From Eledone cirrhosa (lineage: Eukaryota), in assembly GCA_964016885.1 (NCBI GenBank), contig OZ024744.1:135718001-135782000 (forward strand): a stretch of 64,000 bases of DNA, read 5' to 3'. Positions 55,815 to 64,000 of the stretch are shown here, one piece after another. Both the position numbers and the translations under genes were made by a program. How positions within the stretch are numbered: position 1 is the stretch's first letter; each line of letters starts with the position of its first letter. The notes below the pieces were generated by a model. That model was not told where the DNA came from. It saw nothing but the letters and a program-made list of their open reading frames with translations, and searched no databases.

Positions 55815-57075
55815 ATCATCATCATCATCATTTAACGTCTATCTTCCATGCTAGCATGGGTTTAGACGGGAATTGTCTCACGTGAGACAATTGGCAGGTT
55901 TTCTACGGCTGGATGCCCTTCCTAACACCAACCACATTTACAGTGTGGACTGGGAGGTTTTTACCGTGTTGCCTACACGGCCACATGACAGGGTGGACTG
56001 TGTTTTTTTTGTCGTGACACCTACCCGACCTAATTTATTTAGGACTGGATGTTGTGGTACCAACATAACTTAACATCGAAAGGGGTGGTGTAGATGGCGG
56101 TGGGGGTAGGGTTAGTGGGACAGGGGTGTATTTTGGTTAAGAGGTGCCTACTGACTGTAGGTTTCACTTTGTACTTAGGCAAGGCGGGTCTTCTGTATTA
56201 CTACGTAGTGCCAAAGGTCTCGGTCCAGTGACATTGTCTTGGAGAGGTGTAAGTGTGTAAGGTCGGAATTTATCAAATCGTCCCAGGTTTTTCTGGGTCT
56301 GCCTACTCCGTGGCTACCGTCTATTTTGATCGCCCTACACTTTTTTATACATCTTTCGTCTTTCATGCGCATTACGTGTCCATACCAACGTAGTCTTCTC
56401 TCGAGTAAACAGCATCTGATCCTTCTTATTCCTAATTTCTCACTTAGTTCATTTATGCTTTGCTGTTCACGTATATTACTATTACACATCCAACGGAGCA
56501 TGCAAGCTTCATTCCTCTCCAGTCTGCGTAGATCCTCTGCACACAATGCCCATGTCTCACTGCCATGTAACATTGCTGTTCGTATGCAGGCATTATACAA
56601 TCTGCCTTTCATTTTTAGGGAGAAACCTTTAGCGGCCAATAGTGGTATAAGCTCTCTGAACTTTTTCCATCCCGTTCTGACTCTGGCTACTGTACTTTCA
56701 GAGCACCCTCCACCACTGCTGATTTTGTCACCCAGGTAACGGAAGGTGTCCACTATTTCTATAGAACCATCTGGGCAATAGAAGGAGCTAGTATCCTGTG
56801 GGCACTTGCTACTACTTATTGCAGCTGAGCACTGGCCACATATAAAATCTGTTCTTAGTTAGCTTACCTGTGATCCCACTACATCTTTTATGCACCCATA
56901 CTTTGCATTTGGGACATAAAATGGAGTTTCTGCCTACTCCTTTCCTTCACACTGAGCATGGCCATTTTCCAGAGGGGACCAGTGCCCTATTTTCCTTCCT
57001 ATATACTAGAACTTTAGTCTTAGACAAGTTAATTTTAAGGCCTTTTGATTCTAGGCCATGCTTCCATGTTTGGAA
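55815..57075 (-). mobile_element. RTE LINE 3' portion (~1.26 kb)
   Basis: ORF 56175..56753 (FRYLG...WYGH...GRPRKTW), PHD-like segment, 3'UTR and (ATC)n tail. Confidence 0.93.
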
Positions 57076-57249
57076 GATGATGATTAAATTGATTTACTAA
57101 CCTTTTTGGAACAGATTTGAGATTGGTCAAACATTTGACAATAGTTCGCAGAGTATCAGCTCGGACCCAAGGAAAGGAATCTTCAGCTAAGCAGAGCTGA
57201 AAATAAAAGAGGAGGAATTGGTGAAACATGTCAACTTCTTAAACTGAGC

Positions 57250-57412
57250 AGGTGATGGTGGTGGTAATGGTGGTGGTGGTAGAGGTGATGGTGGTGCTGG
57301 TGGTGATGGTGGTGGTAGAGGTGGTGGTGGTGCTGGTGGGGATGTTGGTGGTAGATATGGTGGTGGTGGTGTTGGTGGTAGTGGTAGTGGTAGAGGTGGT
57401 GGTGGTGGTGAT
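57250..57412. repeat. (GGT)n-type trinucleotide repeat
   Basis: Read directly. Confidence 0.9.
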
Positions 57413-57524
57413 GATTTCTAACCCGAGACAGCTAATCAACACATCTTTAGATGGTGAATAAAAGCCACACACCCCTCCCACAATTTTACCATCAACTTTT
57501 TGGGGTGACATAAGACAAATTGGA

Positions 57525-60500
57525 GGTGGTGTGCAACAGAGAAGACTGCTCTGGTATAGACATGTGATGTGTATGGATGAACTGAGAGAGAAACTAGGTA
57601 TAAGAGGAATCAGACGTGGTGTGTAGGAGAGGAGACTGTGTTGGTATAGACATGTGATGTGTATGGATGAACTGAGAGAGAAACTAGGTATAAGAGGAAT
57701 CAGATGTAGTGTGTAGGAGAGGAGACTGTGTTGGTATAGACATGTGATGTGTATGGATGAACTGAGAGAGAAACTAGGTATGAGAGGAATCAGATGTAGT
57801 GTGTAGGAGAGGAGACTGTGTTGGTATAGACATGTGATGTGTATGGATGAACTGAGAGAAAAACTAGGTATAAGAGGAATCAGATGTAGTGTGTAGGAGA
57901 GGAGACTGTGTTGGTATAGACATGTGATGTGTATGGATGAACTGAGAGAGAAACTAGGTATAAGAGGAAACAGATGTAGTGTGTAGGAGAGGAGACTGTG
58001 TTGGTGTAGACATGTGATGTGTATGGATGAACTGAGAGAAAAACTAGGTATAAGAGGAATCAGATGTAGTGTGTAGGAGAGGAGACTGTGTTGGTATAGA
58101 CATGTGATGTGTATGGATGAACTGAGAGAGAAACTAGGTATAAGAGGAATCAGATGTAGTGTGTAGGAGAGGAGACTGTGTTGGTGTAGACATGTGATGT
58201 GTATGGATGAACTGAGAGAAAAACGAGGTATAAGAGGAATCAGACGTAGTGTGTAGGAGAGGAGACTGTGTTGGTATAGACATGGGATGTGTATGGATGA
58301 ACTGGGAAAGAAACTAGGTATAAGAGGAATCAGATGTAGTGTGTAGGAGAGGATACTGTGTTGGTATAGACATGTGATGTGTAATGATGAACTGGGAGAG
58401 AAACTAGGTATAAGAGGAATCAGATATAGTGTGTAGGAGAGGAGACTGTGTTGGTATAGACATGTGATGTGTATGGATGAATTGAGAGAGAAACTAGGTA
58501 TAAGAGGAATCAGATGTAGTGTGTAGGAGAGGAGACTGTGTTGGTATAGACATGTGATGAACTGAGAGAAAAACTAAGTATAAGAGGAATCAGATGTAGG
58601 AGAGGAGACTGCGTGGGTATAGACATGTGATGTGTATGGATGAACTGAGGGAGAAACTAGGTATAAGAGGAATCAGATGTAGTGTGTAGGAGAAGAGACT
58701 GTGTGGGTAAAGACATGTGATGTGTATGGATGAACTGAGAGATAAACAAGGTATAAGAGGAATCAGATGTAGTGTGTAGGAGAGGAGACTGTGTTGGTAT
58801 AGACATGTGATGTGTATGGATGAACTGGGAGAGAAACTAGGTATAAGAGGAATCAGATATAGGAGAGGAGACTGTGTTGGTATAGACATGTGATGTGTAT
58901 GGATGGACTGAGAGAGAAACTAGGTATAAGAAGAATCAGAGGTAGTGTGTAGGAGAGGAGACTGTGTTGGTATAGACATGTGATGTGTAATGATGAATTG
59001 AGAGAGAAACAAGGTTTAAGAGGAATCAGATGTAGTGTGTAGGAGAGGAGACTGTGTTAGTATAGACATGTGCTGAACTGAGAGATAAACAAGGTATAAG
59101 AGGAATCAGATGTAGTGTGTAGGAGAGGAGACTGTGTTGCTATAGACATGTGATGAACAGGGATAAACAAGGTATAAGAGGTATCAGATGTAGTGTGTAG
59201 GAAAGGCGACTGTGTTGGTACAGACAGGTGATGTGTATGGATGAACTGAGAGAGAAACTAAACTAGGTATGAGAGGAATCAGACGTAGTGTGTAGGAGAG
59301 GAGACTGTGTTGGTATAGACATGTGATGTGTAATGATGAACTGAGAGAGAAACTAGGTATAAGAGGAATCAGATGTAGTGTGTAGGAGAGGAGACTGTCT
59401 TGGTATAGACATGTGATGTGTATAGATGAACTGAGAGAGAAACTAGGTATAAGAAGAATCAGATGTAGTGTGTAGGAGAGGTGACTGTTTGTATAGACAT
59501 GTGATGTGTATGGATGAAATGAGAGAGAAACTAGGTATAAGAGGAATCAGATGTAGTGTGTAGGAGAGAAGACTGTGTTGGTATAGACATGTGATGTGTA
59601 TGGATGAACTGGGAGAGAAACTAGGTATAAGAGGAATCAGATGTAGGAGAGGAGACTGTGTTGGTATAGACATGTGATGTGTATGGATGAACTGGGAGAG
59701 AAACTAGGTATAAGAGGAATCAGATGTAGGAGAGGAGACTGTGTTGGTATAGGCATGTGATGTGTATGGATGAACTGGGAGAGAAACTAGGTATAAGAGG
59801 AATCAGATGTAGGAGTGGAGACAGTGTTGGTATAGACATGTGATGTGTATGGATGAACTGGGAGAGAAACTAGGTATAAGAGGAATCAGATGTAGGAGTG
59901 GAGACAGTGTTGGTATAGACATGTGATGTGTATGGATGAACTGGGAGAGAAACTAGGTATAAGAGGAATCAGATGTAGGAGAGGAGACTGTGTTGGTATA
60001 GACATGTGATGTGTATGGATGAACTGGGAGAGAAACTAGGTATAAGAGGAATCAGATGTAGGAGAGGAGACTGTGTTGGTATAGACATGTGATGTGTATG
60101 GATGGAGAGAGAAACTAGGTATAAGAAGAATCAGATGTAGTGTGTAGGAGAGGTGACTGTTTGTATAGACATGTGATGTCTATGGATGAAATGAGAGAGA
60201 AACTAGGTATAAGAGGAATCAGATGAAGTGGGTAGGAGAGGAGACTGTGTTGGTATAGGCATGTGATGTGTATGGATGAACTGGGAGAGAAACTAGGTAT
60301 AAGAGGAATCAGATATAGGAGAGGAGACTGTGTTGGTATAGACATGTGATGTGTATGGATGGACTGAGAGAGAAACTAGGTATAAGAAGAATCAGAGGTA
60401 GTGTGTAGGAGAGGAGACTGTGTTGGTATAGACATGTGATGTGTAATGATGAATTGAGAGAGAAACAAGGTTTAAGAGGAATCAGATGTAGTGTGTAGGA

Positions 60501-63500
60501 GAGGAGACTGTGTTAGTATAGACATGTGCTGAACTGAGAGATAAACAAGGTATAAGAGGAATCAGATGTAGTGTGTAGGAGAGGAGACTGTGTTGCTATA
60601 GACATGTGATGAACAGGGATAAACAAGGTATAAGAGGAATCAGATGTAGTGTGTAGGAAAGGAGACTGTGTTGGTATAGACATGTGATGTGTAATGATGA
60701 ACTGAGAGAGAAACTAGGTATAAGAGGAATCAGATGTAGTGTGTAGGAGAGGAGACTGTCTTGGTATAGACATGTGATGTGTATAGATGAACTGAGAGAG
60801 AAACTAGGTATAAGAAGAATCAGATGTAGTGTGTAGGAGAGGTGACTGTTTGTATAGACATGTGATGTGTATGGATGAAATGAGAGAGAAACTAGGTATA
60901 AGAGGAATCAGATGTAGTGGGTAGGAGAGGAGACTGTGTTGGTATAGGCATGTGATGTGTATGGATGAACTGGGAGAGAAACTAGGTATAAGAGGAATCA
61001 GATGTAGGAGTGGAGACAGTGTTGGTATAGACATGTGATGTGTATGGATGAACTGGGAGAGAAACTAGGTATAAGAGGAATCAGATGTAGGAGAGGAGAC
61101 TGTGTTGGTATAGACATGTGATGTGTATGGATGGAGAGAGAAACTAGGTATAAGAAGAATCAGATGTAGTGTGTAGGAGAGGTGACTGTTTGTATAGACA
61201 TGTGATGTCTATGGATGAAATGAGAGAGAAACTAGGTATAAGAAGAATCAGATGTAGTGGGTAGGAGAGGAGACTGTGTTGGTATAGGCATGTGATGTGT
61301 ATGGATGAACTGGGAGAGAAACTAGGTATAAGAGGAATCAGATATAGGAGAGGAGACTGTGTTGGTATAGACATGTGATGTGTATGGATGGACTGGGAGA
61401 GAAACTAGGTATAAGACGAATCAGATGTAGGAGAGGAGACTGTGTTGGTATAGGCATGTGATGTGTATCGATGAACTGAGAGAGAAACTAGGTTTAAGAG
61501 GAATCAGATGTAGGAGAGGAGATTGTGTGGGTATAGACATGAGATGTGTATAGATGAACTGAGAGAGAACTAGGTTTAAGAGGAATCAGATGTAGGAGAG
61601 GAGACTGTGTTTGTATAGACAGGTGATGTGTATGGATGAACTGAGAGAGAAACTAAGTTTAAGAGGAATCAGATGTAGGAGAGGAGACTGTGTTAGTATA
61701 GACATGGAATGTGTATGGATGAACTGAGAGAGAAACTAGGTATAAGAGGAATCAGATGTAGGAGAGGAGACTGTTAGTATAGACATGGGATGTGTATGGA
61801 TGAACTGAGAGAGAAACTAGGTATAAGAGGAATCGGATGTAGGAGAGGAGACTGTGTTGGTATAGACATGTGATGTGTATGGATGAACTGAGAGAGCAAC
61901 TAGGTATAAGAGGAATCAGATGTAGTGTGTAGGAGAGGAGACTGTGTTGGTATAGACATGTGATGTGTATGGATGAACTGAGAGAGAAACTAGTTATAAG
62001 AGGGATCAGATGTAGGAGAGGTGATTGTTTGGGTATAGACATGGGATGTGTATAGATGAACTGAGAGAGAAACTAGGTTTAACAGGAATCAGAGGTAGTG
62101 TGTAGGAGAGGAGACTGTGTTGGTATAGACATGTGATGTGTAATGATGAACTGAGAGAGAAACTAGGTATAAGAGGAATCAGATGTAGTGTGTAGGATAG
62201 GAGACTGTGTTGGTATAGACATGTGATGTGTATGGATGAACTGAGAGAGAAACTAGGTATAAGAGGAATCAGATGTAGTGTGTAGGAGAGAAGACTGTGT
62301 TTGTATAGACATGGGATGTGTATGGATGAAGTGAGAGGGAAACTAGGTATAAGAAGAATCAGATGTAGTGTGTAGGAGAGGAGACTGTTTGTATAGACAT
62401 GTGATGTGTATGGATGAACTGAGAGAGAAACTAGGTATAAGAAGAATCAGATGTAGTGTGTAGGAGAGGAGACTGTTTGTATAGACATGTGATGTGTATG
62501 GATGAACTGGGAGAGAAACTAGTTATAAGAGGAATCAGATGTAGGGGAGGTGATTGTGTTGGTATAGACATGGGATGTGTATAGATGAACTGAGAGAGAA
62601 ACTAGGTTTAAGAGGAATCAGATGTAGGAGAGGAGACTGTGTTTGTATAGACATGTGATGTGTATGGATGAACTGAGAGAGAAACTAGGTTTAAGAGGAA
62701 TCAGATGTAGGAGAGGAGACTGTGTTAGTAGAGACATGGAATGTGTATGGATGAACTGAGAAAGAAACTAGGTATAAGAGGAATCAGATGTAGGAGAGGT
62801 GATTGTGTGCGTATAGACATGGGATGTGTATGGATGAACTGAGAGAGAAACTAGGTATAAGAGGAATCAGATGTAGGAGAGGAGACTGTTAGTATAGACA
62901 TGGGATGTGTATGGATGAACTGAGGGAGAAACTAGGTATAAGAGGAATCAGATGTAGGAGAGGAGACTGTGTTGGTATAGACATGTGATGTGTATGGATG
63001 AACTGAGAGAGAAACTAGGTATAAGAGGAATCAGATGTAGTATGTAGGAGAGGAGACTGTGTTAGTATAGACATGTGATGAACTCAGAGAGAAACTAGGT
63101 TTAAGAGGAATCAGACGTAGGAGAGGAGACTGTGTTTGTATAGACATGTGATGTGTATGGATGAACTGAGAGAGAAACTAGGTTTAAGAGGAATCAGATG
63201 TAGGAGAGGAGACTGTGTTGGTAGAGACATGGAATGTGTATGGATGAACTGAGAAAGAAACTAGGTATAAGAGGAATCAGATGTAGGAGAGGAGACTGTT
63301 AGTATAGACATGGGATGTGTATGGATGAACTGAGAGAGAAAGTAGGTATAAGAGGAATCAGATGTAGTGTGTAGGAGAGGAGACTGTGTTGGTAGAGACA
63401 TGTGATGAACAGAGATGAACAAGGTATAAGAGGAATCAGATGTAGTGTGTAGGAGAGGAGACTGTGTTTGTATAGACATGGGATGTGTAATGATTTACTG

Positions 63501-64000
63501 AGAGAGAAACTAGGTATAAGAGGAATCAGATGTAGTGTGTAGGAGAGGAGACTGTGTTGGTATAGACATGTGATGTGTATGGATGAAGTGAGAGGGAAAC
63601 TAGGTATAAGAGGAATCAGATGTAGTGTGTAGGAGAGAAGACTGTGTTTGTATAGACATGGGATGTGTATGGATGAAGTGAGAGGGAAACTAGGTATAAG
63701 AAGAATCAGATGTAGTGTGTAGGAGAAGAGACTGTTTGTATAGACATGTGATGTGTATGGATGAACTGAGAGAGAAACTATGTATAAGAGGAATCAGATG
63801 TAGTGTGTAGGAGAGGAGACTGTGTTGGTATAGGCATGTGATGTGTATGGATAAACTGAGAGAGAAACTAGGTATAAGAGGAATCAGATGTAGTGTGTAG
63901 GAGAGGAGACTGTGTTGGTATAGACATGTGATGTGTATGGATGAAGTGAGAGGGAAACTAGGTATAAGAGGAATCAGATGTAGTGTGTAGGAGAGAAGAC
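57525..64000 (+). repeat. 90-bp (and 83-bp variant) tandem satellite derived from the RTE ORF C-terminus; runs off the window
   Basis: Period 90 (57551/57641). The unit translates as ELREKLGIRGIRCSV*ERRLCWYRHVMCMD versus ELRKKLEIRGIRCCLLERRLRWYGHVMRMK in the intact RTE. Confidence 0.95.

Noticed and set aside
57239-57511. Thr-rich mucin-like or Val-rich ORFs
   Set aside because: Simple (GGT/ACC)n repeat.
57525-64000. CRISPR-like array or repetitive protein
   Set aside because: The units are contiguous with no unique spacers and no cas genes, the context is eukaryotic, and amplified units carry an in-frame TAG. The minus-strand 76-aa ORFs are incidental.

Overview
AT-rich, repeat-dominated eukaryotic DNA, inferred to be octopus/cephalopod from the C2H2-ZNF cluster, tRNA-SINEs, RTE LINEs and huge (TA)n tracts. 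Host genes are limited to two paralogous C2H2 zinc-finger ORFs (17948-18199 and 25809-26390, minus strand) and a ZNF relic. The rest is mobile DNA: one RTE LINE with an uninterrupted 1052-aa ORF (APE, RT, PHD-like finger) plus several decayed copies; a 5'-truncated CR1-type LINE; a Penelope-like (Naiad-type) retroelement with an inverted 3' arm, into which a piggyBac (itself carrying a SINE) and a Helitron have inserted; mariner and R4/Dong-type fragments; a >3.3-kb inverted duplication; and a >6.4-kb 90-bp satellite built from an RTE coding segment. The most striking signal is a set of mutually unrelated, non-coding, asymmetric fold-back (palindromic) elements sitting in (TA)n tracts. Most carry hammerhead-ribozyme motifs: three are well formed (3419-3489, 38368-38412, 53681-53747) and several are degenerate. 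They look like Penelope-derived, retrozyme-like hairpin inserts that target TA microsatellites. All calls were made by eye; no searches or folding were run.
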